From: an uncultured virus (IMG/VR IMGVR_UViG_3300009034_000863)
Lineage: Duplodnaviria; Heunggongvirae; Uroviricota; Caudoviricetes
Length of the DNA stretch: 64,000 bases
Virus record (IMG/VR): IMGVR_UViG_3300009034_000863
Strand: one strand, 5' to 3'
The notes under the pieces: model-generated
What the model was told of the DNA's origin: nothing
The model's database searches: none
The model's input: the letters and a program-made list of their open reading frames with translations, nothing else
In this document: piece by piece, positions 29,432 to 38,349 of the stretch
Layout of the letters: the number at the start of each line of letters is the position of its first letter
How positions within the stretch are numbered: position 1 is the first letter of the stretch
Position numbers and translations under genes: made by a program

Positions 29432-29862
29432 CAAGAACACTTTCTGAGATATTAGAGGGATATCAAGTAGCAAGAATACTTTTTACAGTTTGTGAAAACT
29501 GTGAGACAGTAAGTACTATTTCTAAAACAGATCGTCCTATATGTACCAAGTGTAATAAGGAGTTACAGAAAAAGAATGTTTTTACTCCTGCTCAATATGA
29601 GAGATTGATGAAAAGATTGGAAGAGGAATTTCCAATTGGTACTCAAGTTATTCCCACTGAAAAGTTATTGAAGATAAGTAAGAACTTGAGTAATCTTCAA
29701 GGAGAAGTATTCAAGCATGAATGGGAGGATATTTGTTTTCCTCTCCATACTGGATGGAAAAAGGATGGTCTAGTTATAGAGGTATATAATGTTAATCTCT
29801 TTGAAGTGGTCAAGATCAGTTCTACTGATAAATGGCGACATGGAAAGAAGTTTGAGATATGA
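29428..29862 (+). CDS. Zn-ribbon plus SH3-like protein with WxH tag
   Basis: CENC...CTKC, FPIGTQV; DKWRH. Confidence 0.7.
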   Translation: MTRTLSEILEGYQVARILFTVCENCETVSTISKTDRPICTKCNKELQKKNVFTPAQYERLMKRLEEEFPIGTQVIPTEKLLKISKNLSNLQGEVFKHEWEDICFPLHTGWKKDGLVIEVYNVNLFEVVKISSTDKWRHGKKFEI

Positions 29863-29877
29863 ACAAAACAGGGTGCA

Positions 29878-30273
29878 GTGGATAAGATGAAGTTTAATTT
29901 TAGCAGACTTACAAACCCTATTTCAGTATGTAGAGAATGTGGAATACTCTGGTCAATGGATAGAAAGGGTGAAAGATGTGATAATTGTAACAGAGAACTA
30001 GAGATAATTCCTCCTAAGAAATGGGAAAGGATCGTTAGTGAATGTGCCAAGACTTTTCCAGTAGGGAGCAGAGCAAAGGTTATTGGGAAAAATTCTCCTC
30101 TTGGTAGACATTATAAAGATAGTATTGCAGTAATAACTGGGTACAACCAGCATGAGATATACTTCCCTATTCAAGTACAGATGAGTGATAATAAAGGGAA
30201 TATTTTTGAGGATATGGCAACACCATTTGATCTGGTCCCAATAGATTCAAAGGAGAAGTGGATGCAAATATGA
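29878..30273 (+). CDS. Zn-ribbon plus SH3-like protein with WxQ tag
   Basis: CREC...CDNC, FPVGSRA; EKWMQI. Confidence 0.7.
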   Translation: MDKMKFNFSRLTNPISVCRECGILWSMDRKGERCDNCNRELEIIPPKKWERIVSECAKTFPVGSRAKVIGKNSPLGRHYKDSIAVITGYNQHEIYFPIQVQMSDNKGNIFEDMATPFDLVPIDSKEKWMQI

Positions 30274-30659
30274 AATTTGATTTCAGAGAAATGAGAGACA
30301 GAAATATTACTTTTTGCCGAAAATGTGGTCTCTTATGGCTTGATGGAGAAGAGAATGATAAATGTTATTATTGTAACAAGAGAAAACGAGGAAAGTACTC
30401 TAAGGAAGAATGGGAAGAGTACATGCAAGAATTTATTAAAGTTCATAAGTTAGGAAAAAGAGTCAAGGGTATTAAAACAAGGTCATCTACTTCATTTGCT
30501 CATGCTGAAGAAACTGGAGTTATCACTAGTTACAGAAACGATCATTTTTTTCCTATATCAATAACTTGGACTACTAAAGATAATAGAGAGGTAACTGATT
30601 ATGTTACTATTTTTGACTTCAAGCTTCTTGACGAGAATGAGAAGTGGATGCAGGCTTGA
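30270..30659 (+). CDS. Zn-ribbon plus SH3-like protein with WxQ tag
   Basis: CRKC...CYYC, LGKRV; EKWMQA. Confidence 0.7.
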   Translation: MKFDFREMRDRNITFCRKCGLLWLDGEENDKCYYCNKRKRGKYSKEEWEEYMQEFIKVHKLGKRVKGIKTRSSTSFAHAEETGVITSYRNDHFFPISITWTTKDNREVTDYVTIFDFKLLDENEKWMQA

Positions 30660-30871
30660 TATTATTTGGTAAACCTAAAGATCGGTTTAATAGGAAACCC
30701 TATTGCAGATTTCAAGAAAGATGTCATTATCAAACATTTGGTTGTAGAAATGATAGATCACTTGATAAGATACCTCGATGTATGTTTAGAAGTACCTGCA
30801 ACCAACAATATTATACTTTCTCTTATCAGTTTGATAAAAGATTGACTGTACAAACTTAAGGTGTTTCAGAA

Positions 30872-31243
30872 TTGGTGATTCTAGAAAGATATGAACTCTT
30901 GAGATACCCAGAAGGAACTATCTTTTCTCCAGAAGATTTAGAGAAGATCATTGGAAGATGGAAGTGGAGAAGAGGTACTCTGAAAGTGAGGATAATGGAT
31001 TATTTTGACATTGTTAGGAAACAGAACAAGGTAGTTTATCTAGGAACAGCTTCACATTCAGGGAAAAATACATATAACAATGCATTTCTTCTTGTTCTTC
31101 TGGAAAAAGGTATTCGTAAAGAAGATTCACCAGTGAAATTAATTTCAAGAACTGCTGTGGAATCAGGAATGGAAGATCAAGTTAAAAGAGAATATTTTCT
31201 TTTCTTGGTTCCTACAACATTAAGTTTTAAAGGAGGAAAATAG
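30872..31243 (+). CDS. hypothetical protein
   Basis: 123 aa ORF abutting the ThiF gene. Confidence 0.6.
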   Translation: MVILERYELLRYPEGTIFSPEDLEKIIGRWKWRRGTLKVRIMDYFDIVRKQNKVVYLGTASHSGKNTYNNAFLLVLLEKGIRKEDSPVKLISRTAVESGMEDQVKREYFLFLVPTTLSFKGGK

Positions 31244-31921
31244 ATGTCAGAATATTATTTCAGACAGTTAGACCTGTTTGATCCAAGAAAGAAGAATCCA
31301 TCTATAACTATAATCGGGGCAGGTTCGATAGGAAGCACCGTTGCTTTGGCTCTAGCTAAGATGGGTATGAAACATATTGAGCTAGTAGACTTCGATGTAG
31401 TCACTAGACACAATATTGCCAACCAAATAGTTAAGAGAACTCATCTTGAGAAGTTCAAGGTTGACTGTGTAAAAGAAGTGTGTGAAGAGTTTAGTCCAGA
31501 GGAAGTAGACATAACTGTTCAAAAGAATAGATTTGAAGATCCTGAAACAAGTTCAGAAATAGTAATCACTGCTACAGACAACATAGAGGCTAGAATTCAA
31601 GTGGTGAAGATAGCACAGGAAAGTCCTTTAACTAGATTCTTTATTGATGCTAGAATGGCTGGAGAGTTACTGCATATCTTTGGTTTCAATCCTCATTCTG
31701 ATAAGACTAAAGAGTATCTAGAATTCTTCTCTGCTAAACCAGCAGAGAATCTACCATGTACAGCAAGAACTATTGTCTATAATGTTTTCATGTGTGCTTC
31801 TTATGTGGCAAACTTAGTTAAGAAATACTGTTCTAACGAGCCAGTTCCATTTCATATTATCTATGATATGAACCAAATGGTGCAGATAGTTTCTTGGGAT
31901 GGAATTGATAAAGATGACTGA
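31244..31921 (+). CDS. ThiF/MoeB/E1-like adenylyltransferase
   Basis: RQLDLF, IIGAGSIGS, VDFDVVTRHNIANQ, ATDNIEAR, IDARM, LPC. Confidence 0.9.
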   Translation: MSEYYFRQLDLFDPRKKNPSITIIGAGSIGSTVALALAKMGMKHIELVDFDVVTRHNIANQIVKRTHLEKFKVDCVKEVCEEFSPEEVDITVQKNRFEDPETSSEIVITATDNIEARIQVVKIAQESPLTRFFIDARMAGELLHIFGFNPHSDKTKEYLEFFSAKPAENLPCTARTIVYNVFMCASYVANLVKKYCSNEPVPFHIIYDMNQMVQIVSWDGIDKDD

Positions 31922-32123
31922 AGTAATAGCTTATTATCAACATGGGGACCCAGTGACTTGTGATGTAAGGAAAATGGACTGTGAGGAATGTATGAAGACC
32001 CATCCAGAAGGGGAGAACAAATGGAAATGGGTACTATTTGCTGAATCTCGGTGTCCTCTTGTTCAAAGTATTCTGAAGAAAGGGAATAAGAAAGATAAAT
32101 GGGTTCAGAGTGGTGGGAAGTAA
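31899..32123 (+). CDS. Cys microprotein with WxQ tag
   Basis: DKWVQ. Confidence 0.6.
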   Translation: MELIKMTEVIAYYQHGDPVTCDVRKMDCEECMKTHPEGENKWKWVLFAESRCPLVQSILKKGNKKDKWVQSGGK

Positions 32124-32128
32124 AACTG

Positions 32129-32263
32129 TTGATAGATGAAATCAGTATTATTATGGGAATGTCGAGTGTAGACTTACTCTATCTTGGTTTATATTTCATA
32201 TACGATTATTTCAAGGAGAAACTAGGGAAGAAAGACAAGTGGATACAGTCGATAAACTCTTAG
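32129..32263 (+). CDS. 44-aa microprotein with WxQ tag
   Basis: Translated by hand; ends KKDKWIQSINS. Confidence 0.55.
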   Translation: MIDEISIIMGMSSVDLLYLGLYFIYDYFKEKLGKKDKWIQSINS

Positions 32264-32376
32264 ACGCTATAATGAAGGCTCCTCACAGTAAATATGAGAT
32301 TTACTGGAAAGGAGACATGATGCATGTTCGAGTAAAAAAGAGGAAGGAGAAAGATAAATGGAGACAGAAAATCTAG
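32239..32376 (+). CDS. 45-aa microprotein with WxQ tag
   Basis: GTG start inside the previous tag; ends KDKWRQKI. Confidence 0.55.
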   Translation: MDTVDKLLDAIMKAPHSKYEIYWKGDMMHVRVKKRKEKDKWRQKI

Positions 32377-32621
32377 ACCTTCCCTATCAGAGACACTGTA
32401 CCAGATGTGGTAGAGATTTTACTTGTAATGGAAGGTGTGAAGACCATAAGAAGCTAACTAATCCTAATTACAATGAATATTGCTACTGTTACAAATGTGC
32501 TAAAAGAACTCATATTAATACAAGAAGAAATGTAGTTAGTCAAAAGTTGTATCTTTTAGAACTTTGTTTCAAACCTAGAGAGGACAAATGGAGGCAGATG
32601 ATACAGGATGGGAGCACTTAG
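32358..32621 (+). CDS. multi-Cys family protein with WxQ tag
   Basis: CTRCGRDFTCNGRC...CYCYKC...CF; DKWRQ. Confidence 0.7.
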   Translation: METENLDLPYQRHCTRCGRDFTCNGRCEDHKKLTNPNYNEYCYCYKCAKRTHINTRRNVVSQKLYLLELCFKPREDKWRQMIQDGST

Positions 32622-32952
32622 TCGAGTCGAAAAGAGACTGAATAAGATCGAAACTTCAATCAGTGAAGTAAAGGCTATGATCAATGATCTACGACAGATG
32701 CATGAAGGAACTCCAGTGGATTTAAGTTCAAGTATTCTTCAATTAAGTAAACCTCAACAGGAAGTGTTGGTAAGTGTTAATACTTATATTGAGACTACTG
32801 GAGTGAACCCATCAGCTTCTGATATTAGTAGAGTTATTGGAAAACATAGATGTTCTGTATCTGTTTCTTTAAATCAACTAGTAGCTCTAGGATACCTTTC
32901 TAAACTCCGAACAGGAAAGAGAGTTAATTTTGGTTTGAAAGTAGTGAAATGA
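32608..32952 (+). CDS. coiled-coil plus winged-HTH transcription regulator
   Basis: PSASDISRVIGKHRCSVSVSLNQLVALGYL. Confidence 0.75.
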   Translation: MGALSRVEKRLNKIETSISEVKAMINDLRQMHEGTPVDLSSSILQLSKPQQEVLVSVNTYIETTGVNPSASDISRVIGKHRCSVSVSLNQLVALGYLSKLRTGKRVNFGLKVVK

Positions 32953-32953
32953 A

Positions 32954-33202
32954 ATGACAGTTGAAATATGTTGTTGTGAGTGTGGACTAGAATTTTCTTG
33001 TAATGGATGTGAACAAGAAGAAAATGATGAATGTTCATGTCCTAGATGTTGTTACACTCATCCTTCTGGAATAGCAAGGGCAAGAGCAGCATTAACAACT
33101 ACTTGCTGGGAGGGAATGGAAGATTATTTAAAGCGTTACTTTGATGTTCAGACTGATAGTAAATGGAAGCATTTTATTATGGGAGAAGTTGCAGTACAAT
33201 GA
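32954..33202 (+). CDS. multi-Cys family protein with WxH tag
   Basis: CCECGLEFSCNGC...CSCPRC...CW; SKWKH. Confidence 0.7.
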   Translation: MTVEICCCECGLEFSCNGCEQEENDECSCPRCCYTHPSGIARARAALTTTCWEGMEDYLKRYFDVQTDSKWKHFIMGEVAVQ

Positions 33203-33468
33203 GTTCTCTTACAGTTAAAACTTGTAGTAACGAAGGATGCAATTGTCAGTTCATTTGTAATGATATGGAACACAAATGTTCAGAGATATATAAAGAAATG
33301 GATTGCTGGTGCCCAAAATGCTCTCATCCTAATCTTCCAAGAAAGGTTTTTAATGAAATTGTAGCTCTTACTTCATGTTGGGGAAACTTGGGAAATCCTA
33401 TTATTAAACGTCCTAAAAAAGAGAAATGGCATCAGATAATAAGGGGGGACAAACATTATGTTGTATAA
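33199..33468 (+). CDS. multi-Cys family protein with WxQ tag
   Basis: FICN...CWCPKC...CW; EKWHQ. Confidence 0.7.
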   Translation: MSSLTVKTCSNEGCNCQFICNDMEHKCSEIYKEMDCWCPKCSHPNLPRKVFNEIVALTSCWGNLGNPIIKRPKKEKWHQIIRGDKHYVV

Positions 33469-33910
33469 GTTCATAGGGATAAGAAACAATGAGGAAACTC
33501 ATTATGCTCGATATACTTCTGAGGAACTCAAAAAAGCAGTAGAGCTATGGAAATTAAGTAGAGAAGAGATTCCAGTAACTCTAAATTTTGATATGAGAAA
33601 AAGAATTGGAAAAGTTTTAGATGTTGATTGGTCTGAAGACAAGGGATTAATACTTACAGTTTCAGTTGATTCTGGTGCTTTCCTGAAATATGAAGGAACT
33701 GGTTGTGCGATGAAGTATCATCAAACTCCAGATGGAAGAGCAACTAGAATAGAACTAGATATGTTTACATTCACTAATGTACCATATCCTGGCTACAGAA
33801 TAGATGAAACATTACTAGCAGAAAAGAAAGAAGATAAATGGATACAAGCATGGGAGATACAGTTCAGAGAGAAAGTCAAGAAGTGTAATGTACATGTCAA
33901 TGATGGATAA
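33458..33910 (+). CDS. hypothetical protein, weak resemblance to phage prohead protease; WxQ tag
   Basis: RYTSEELKKAV...IPVTLNFD...RIGKV...GL; DKWIQ. Confidence 0.45.
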   Translation: MLYKFIGIRNNEETHYARYTSEELKKAVELWKLSREEIPVTLNFDMRKRIGKVLDVDWSEDKGLILTVSVDSGAFLKYEGTGCAMKYHQTPDGRATRIELDMFTFTNVPYPGYRIDETLLAEKKEDKWIQAWEIQFREKVKKCNVHVNDG

Positions 33911-35108
33911 ACCAACTGTAGAGAGGCTGAGAGTTCTAAGGGAAACTATGAAAGGAGACAACTTCAAAAACCTCAGAGGAAACATCTTCAAGTACTTGTT
34001 TGGAGAAGTCAGTGACTTCAGTCACCAGTTTGGACCACACAAGTGGAGAGGATATGTCTATCATTCTAGGAACAGTTTGTATGGGTCAATATTCTCTTAT
34101 TGGGATAACATTCCTCTAGTTATTAGAGGTTATCCTAAAGTAAAATACTCTGAAGCTGCTAAATTGATTGGAAAGAAATGTGCTTGTGAAGAGAAACCTG
34201 ATGGTACAAATCTAGGACTCTTTTTGTTACCAAATGGAACATTTATGGGGAAGACTAGAGAAGTAGAACGATTTGACAGACAGGGTTATCAAGGAAGACA
34301 TTGGCTGAATTTATTAAAAGCTACTGGAACTATTCCTAAGATCACTAAGTTAGCTAAAGACAGTTATCTTACTTTTGGAGAATTGTACGGACATGAGAAC
34401 CCAGGAGAATTTATCAGGTACACTGTTCCAATAGAATTCAGAGGATTTGATATTGTAGACTTGAATGACTTGACTTTCTTATCTCCAAAGAAGAAAATGA
34501 ATCTGTTTCATGCAGTAGACCTTCCTACTGTTGAAACATACTGGGAAGGTATCTTAACTCCTAAAGAAGTAGATAGACTTGAATATGAACTCAGAGAACT
34601 TGTTAAGGAAGATGGGATAGAAGGTCTAGTAGCCAAATGGTTCGATCCAGAAGTACAGGATACAGTTCCAGGAAAGATCAAGACTCAATCAATTAGAGAA
34701 TTATGCTGGGCTATGTCTCCTAGAAAAACTATTCCTAGAGGATTTATAGCTAAAGGAATAAGAAAGGCTTGGGAAAAGTATGGTTCTTTTGACAATCAGG
34801 AACAGATAGTCGAATTCGTAGTTGCTGAAATAGGAGAAGAATTCGGAGAAGATAAAATAAAAGCATCTATGTCTAAAATTAAGAGAATAGTTCAAGAAAG
34901 GTTCATGGGAGAAAAGGAGAATATTCTAGGGGAAGTCTTTGCTTACTTAATGAAATTAGAGAAGCAAGGAATTCCAGTGACAATAGACAACAAACATAAA
35001 ATAATGAATATGATAGCTTCTGAATTCAAAGGGTATGATTCCAAGAAGCTATACCATTCTTTTATGGCATACACTAGAAAAGGAGGTGAAATAATTGGTT
35101 CAAGATAG
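33888..35108 (+). CDS. ATP-dependent RNA ligase (Rnl2/Rnl3-like)
   Basis: Motif I EKPDGTN, FGELYG, FRGFDI, EGLVAK, RGYPK. Confidence 0.8.
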   Translation: MYMSMMDKPTVERLRVLRETMKGDNFKNLRGNIFKYLFGEVSDFSHQFGPHKWRGYVYHSRNSLYGSIFSYWDNIPLVIRGYPKVKYSEAAKLIGKKCACEEKPDGTNLGLFLLPNGTFMGKTREVERFDRQGYQGRHWLNLLKATGTIPKITKLAKDSYLTFGELYGHENPGEFIRYTVPIEFRGFDIVDLNDLTFLSPKKKMNLFHAVDLPTVETYWEGILTPKEVDRLEYELRELVKEDGIEGLVAKWFDPEVQDTVPGKIKTQSIRELCWAMSPRKTIPRGFIAKGIRKAWEKYGSFDNQEQIVEFVVAEIGEEFGEDKIKASMSKIKRIVQERFMGEKENILGEVFAYLMKLEKQGIPVTIDNKHKIMNMIASEFKGYDSKKLYHSFMAYTRKGGEIIGSR

Positions 35109-35322
35109 AATTCCAGTATATTGTAAACTGGAATTTATAGGAATGGACCCTGTTGAGGATAGATGTTTTCTTAATCTAGAAATAACTAAGCACCACAAGA
35201 ATAGAGATGAAATATACAATCTTGCTAAACTTCTTAAAGACCTCTTTGAAGGAAAAGATATTCGACTAGAAATCGGACCTCTCCATTATAAACGAGAGGA
35301 GAATACAGAAAATGCCAGATGA
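35095..35322 (+). CDS. hypothetical protein
   Basis: GGAGGTGA SD. Confidence 0.55.
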   Translation: MVQDRIPVYCKLEFIGMDPVEDRCFLNLEITKHHKNRDEIYNLAKLLKDLFEGKDIRLEIGPLHYKREENTENAR

Positions 35323-35596
35323 TTATGGAGTTTATGCAGATACTGATACATGGGTAGTGAACTCAACTTACCCTAAATACATTATTACTCCTTTCAAACC
35401 AAAAAAGGATAAACGCTGTCCTAACTGCAAGAAGAGATTGGAAGAAACAGAAGTATGGAGTCAATGTCCTTATTGTGGCTTCAATATTGGTAAACAGATG
35501 TATGAACCTATTACATTTCCGAATTCAGTAGAGATGATAAGACAAGTTAGGAGGATGCAGTCAAGATGGTTTTCCCCTTCATCAAGTTCAGAATAA
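35312..35596 (+). CDS. Zn-ribbon protein
   Basis: CPNC...CPYCG. Confidence 0.6.
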   Translation: MPDDYGVYADTDTWVVNSTYPKYIITPFKPKKDKRCPNCKKRLEETEVWSQCPYCGFNIGKQMYEPITFPNSVEMIRQVRRMQSRWFSPSSSSE

Positions 35597-35826
35597 AACC
35601 TACTAGACATTATGCTAGATGTCTAGGTTGTCGTCAACAAGTATTCAAAGGAGATCCAGAAGTTAGAATATTAAAAGACAACTTTCGGGGAAGATCGTTA
35701 AAATATGCTAGTTTTCATTTGAAATGTTTTCTGGATGAGTTCATAGTACATTTGTATGAGTTTTCTAATCAATATGGAATTCAAAGTGATCCTTGGACAC
35801 AAAAGATGAGGCAGGTGATAGCTTGA
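35566..35826 (+). CDS. PARP-type Zn-finger-like protein with WxQ tag
   Basis: ARCLGCRQQVFKG...FHLKC; DPWTQ. Confidence 0.55.
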   Translation: MVFPFIKFRIKPTRHYARCLGCRQQVFKGDPEVRILKDNFRGRSLKYASFHLKCFLDEFIVHLYEFSNQYGIQSDPWTQKMRQVIA

Positions 35827-36014
35827 CTTTACAACAACACTGTGGAAACTGTACTCGTTATAGGCATAAAGACGAATATAGAAGAAGACATGAGATTCGT
35901 TCAGACCTTATTCCTTGTGAGCTTAGAGCAAATAACTGTAGACTTGGGAAATGTGCATTCTGGAAAGAAGATAGACCTAAGAATGAGAAGTGGCATCAAT
36001 GGGACCTAAAATGA
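35793..36014 (+). CDS. Cys microprotein with WxQ tag
   Basis: CGNC...C...CAFW; EKWHQ. Confidence 0.6.
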   Translation: MDTKDEAGDSLTLQQHCGNCTRYRHKDEYRRRHEIRSDLIPCELRANNCRLGKCAFWKEDRPKNEKWHQWDLK

Positions 36015-36253
36015 GGAAAGCTAAAATGTATGAGAGGGTTTGTACCACTTGTAGAAGTCCTTTCAAATGTAATGGTGTTTGTGGAGATCCAGAAAGGTTA
36101 GCAACTGAGCATAGAAAATATTGTTTCTGTAAGAAATGTGCATCTCAGCGAAACCCTGTAAGAAGGTATTACTTTAAAAATGGAAAACCATTTCCACCAA
36201 GTTATTGTTATGTTGAAAGAACCCTTTCAGATCCTTGGATGCAGATATTATGA
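36011..36253 (+). CDS. multi-Cys family protein with WxQ tag
   Basis: CTTCRSPFKCNGVC...CFCKKC...CY; DPWMQIL. Confidence 0.7.
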   Translation: MRKAKMYERVCTTCRSPFKCNGVCGDPERLATEHRKYCFCKKCASQRNPVRRYYFKNGKPFPPSYCYVERTLSDPWMQIL

Positions 36254-36468
36254 TAAAGAGAAAAAGACACTGTGAGAACTGTGGGACTTCTTTTATTTGT
36301 TATGGGATTTGTGAAGATGAAGGAAGACTTAGTAAAGTGTCTGATTGTTTCTGCTTGAAATGTATTTTAAGACATAAATTCGTAAGAAAAAATGGAAGAA
36401 CCAAGAAAATATTCCCTCCAGAATTTTGTTATAAAGACCCTTCAGAACCTTGGAGGCAGGTAATATGA
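36250..36468 (+). CDS. multi-Cys family protein with WxQ tag
   Basis: CENCGTSFICYGIC...CFCLKC...CY; EPWRQVI. Confidence 0.7.
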   Translation: MIKRKRHCENCGTSFICYGICEDEGRLSKVSDCFCLKCILRHKFVRKNGRTKKIFPPEFCYKDPSEPWRQVI

Positions 36469-36710
36469 CAAATAGAAGAAATAACAAAGAGTGTCCAATA
36501 TGTTCTATCAAGTTCTCATGTTCAGAAAGATGTATGAGTTCAAGGAGACTCTCCAATAAGCGTTCTTGTCAATGTTCTGGTTGTATGACTAGAGATCCTA
36601 AACTTATGAGAATTATTTTGAAGCAGAGAGAAAGATTGCATCCAGATCTAAGTCCACCAGAAGGATGTTATAAGATTAACTTGAATGAAAAATGGAGGCA
36701 GATAATGTAA
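36465..36710 (+). CDS. multi-Cys family protein with WxQ tag
   Basis: CPICSIKFSC...CQCSGC...CY; EKWRQIM. Confidence 0.7.
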   Translation: MTNRRNNKECPICSIKFSCSERCMSSRRLSNKRSCQCSGCMTRDPKLMRIILKQRERLHPDLSPPEGCYKINLNEKWRQIM

Positions 36711-36827
36711 TGCCAAAATGTAAAGACTGTGATAAATGCTACCAAGAAGAATTCTCACCATCAGAAGATTGGATATGTGAAGAGACGGGAGCAATAGTCT
36801 CTTATGTATTGGAGAAAGAGTTAGACT

Positions 36828-37121
36828 GTGAATGGTTTGAAAAGAGGGAAGATACAGCTTAGGGAAGCTATAAGAATAACCCTGAGAGAGATAAAGAACG
36901 GAACTTCAAGTGATATTTCGTTTTATATACTGATAAAAAGGTTAGTTTATAAAAATGTGTCCGCTTCTCCAAAAATAGTTGGTGGTTTATTAAGAGAAAT
37001 GGAATCTAGAGGAGAAGTAAAGTCCTATCATGCTAAGAGTGGAAAAGGGTGGAAACTTGTTTCCTTGCAATCTCCTGTGGCTGAAGCCATAGGAGGCAAA
37101 GGAGGTAAGAAAAAGACATGA
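36828..37121 (+). CDS. probable winged-helix DNA-binding protein
   Basis: SPKIVGGLLREMESRGEV...GWKL. Confidence 0.5.
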   Translation: MNGLKRGKIQLREAIRITLREIKNGTSSDISFYILIKRLVYKNVSASPKIVGGLLREMESRGEVKSYHAKSGKGWKLVSLQSPVAEAIGGKGGKKKT

Positions 37122-37564
37122 AAAGATCAATACAACTATTGATAGTTCTCATTGCTACAATATCGCTGGTGACTACTGGAGTAATAGCTCTACAACTTGG
37201 ACTATTCAAGGGAGGCAAAATGACTAGAACAGGTGTGAGTATCACTGTTGAATATTCCATTGACAATATCACATGGTCTAGCAATCCAGATCAAGGTTCT
37301 ACAATTGTTGATCCTTGGTATGCCAGATGTATAACGACTTCAAGTGGATATGCAGGATTAATCAACATTACTTGGACTATGGTAGATGATGCTAGTGGAG
37401 TGGAATTAGTAATTCTTTCTGACTACACTGACTTCACTTTAAGTGGTGCTGCTGGAGATGTGATCTATGTTACAGCTGATGGCTTAGGTGGTCCAGGGTA
37501 CGACTGGGGTCCAGATGCTTCTACGCCAGGAACTTTCTACATCCAAGCTAGAGTGGACAAGTGA
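37118..37564 (+). CDS. secreted or surface beta-rich protein
   Basis: N-terminal signal/TM; Thr/Gly/Ser-rich. Confidence 0.65.
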   Translation: MKRSIQLLIVLIATISLVTTGVIALQLGLFKGGKMTRTGVSITVEYSIDNITWSSNPDQGSTIVDPWYARCITTSSGYAGLINITWTMVDDASGVELVILSDYTDFTLSGAAGDVIYVTADGLGGPGYDWGPDASTPGTFYIQARVDK

Positions 37565-38316
37565 TAGCAATGAAAAAATGGAATATTGTTAAACTGGTCT
37601 TAGGGGTAGTTGCTATAGCTTGGATACTCTTCCATTCATTCTGGATTATTGGGTGGGAGGTATTTGGGCTACACAAGACAATTCAAGTTGCATTGCAGAC
37701 AAACATACAAAACAACATAGCTCTGTTTTTCTGGATCATTGTTGCAATAGTTTGCTTTACACCAAGCGATGTCTGGAAGCTCTTTAGTAAGACTGTTGAT
37801 GTTTCAAATATGAGTCATGTTACCAGAAAGAAACTTGCTGGAGCTGGAGTAGTACTATTGATATGTGCAATGTTCCTAGCATTGATAATGTTTCCAGTCA
37901 TTGAATATAGAGCTTATCAAGAAGAAGCAGGAGTCAACATTCCAAATACAGGGATCATTAGCAGTGGAACATATCAAATAGAAGTCTTTGAGAAAGACAA
38001 GAGTAACCATGTACTAATGTTGGACTGGGGAGTATTCACTGGAGCATCGACTAAACACCATGAAGCGTACATCTATTCTTTAGACGCTGAAGGTGGCATT
38101 CCAGTAAGAATTACTTGGAATCACAATGCTGACTGGTTCTTAACTATGAAAATATTCATTGAAATCAATAATGGATGGTACGACTGGAGAAATGGAACTA
38201 CCAAAGTAATTGATACAAGTACACTTGGATGGTTACATATTGACTTTCAACTATCAGTTTCTGCAACTGCTCCACAAGGTTACTTTGCATACAATATAAC
38301 AATGACTACATGGTAA
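37561..38316 (+). CDS. membrane protein with extracellular beta domain
   Basis: Three TM segments then a beta-rich domain. Confidence 0.65.
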   Translation: MIAMKKWNIVKLVLGVVAIAWILFHSFWIIGWEVFGLHKTIQVALQTNIQNNIALFFWIIVAIVCFTPSDVWKLFSKTVDVSNMSHVTRKKLAGAGVVLLICAMFLALIMFPVIEYRAYQEEAGVNIPNTGIISSGTYQIEVFEKDKSNHVLMLDWGVFTGASTKHHEAYIYSLDAEGGIPVRITWNHNADWFLTMKIFIEINNGWYDWRNGTTKVIDTSTLGWLHIDFQLSVSATAPQGYFAYNITMTTW

Positions 38317-38326
38317 TACTGCGTGA

Positions 38327-38349
38327 GAACTTAACCGTTAAGCTCCTAT
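38327..38349. promoter_or_regulatory. palindromic CTTAAC-S-GTTAAG site, copy 1
   Basis: Intergenic; 38332-38349 is the exact reverse complement of 53653-53670. Confidence 0.5.

Noticed and set aside
12103..36710. CRISPR array or integron attC-like DNA repeat at ~250-bp spacing
   Set aside because: The recurring unit is only ~12-15 degenerate nt, varies synonymously and has no palindrome; no cas or integrase gene is seen
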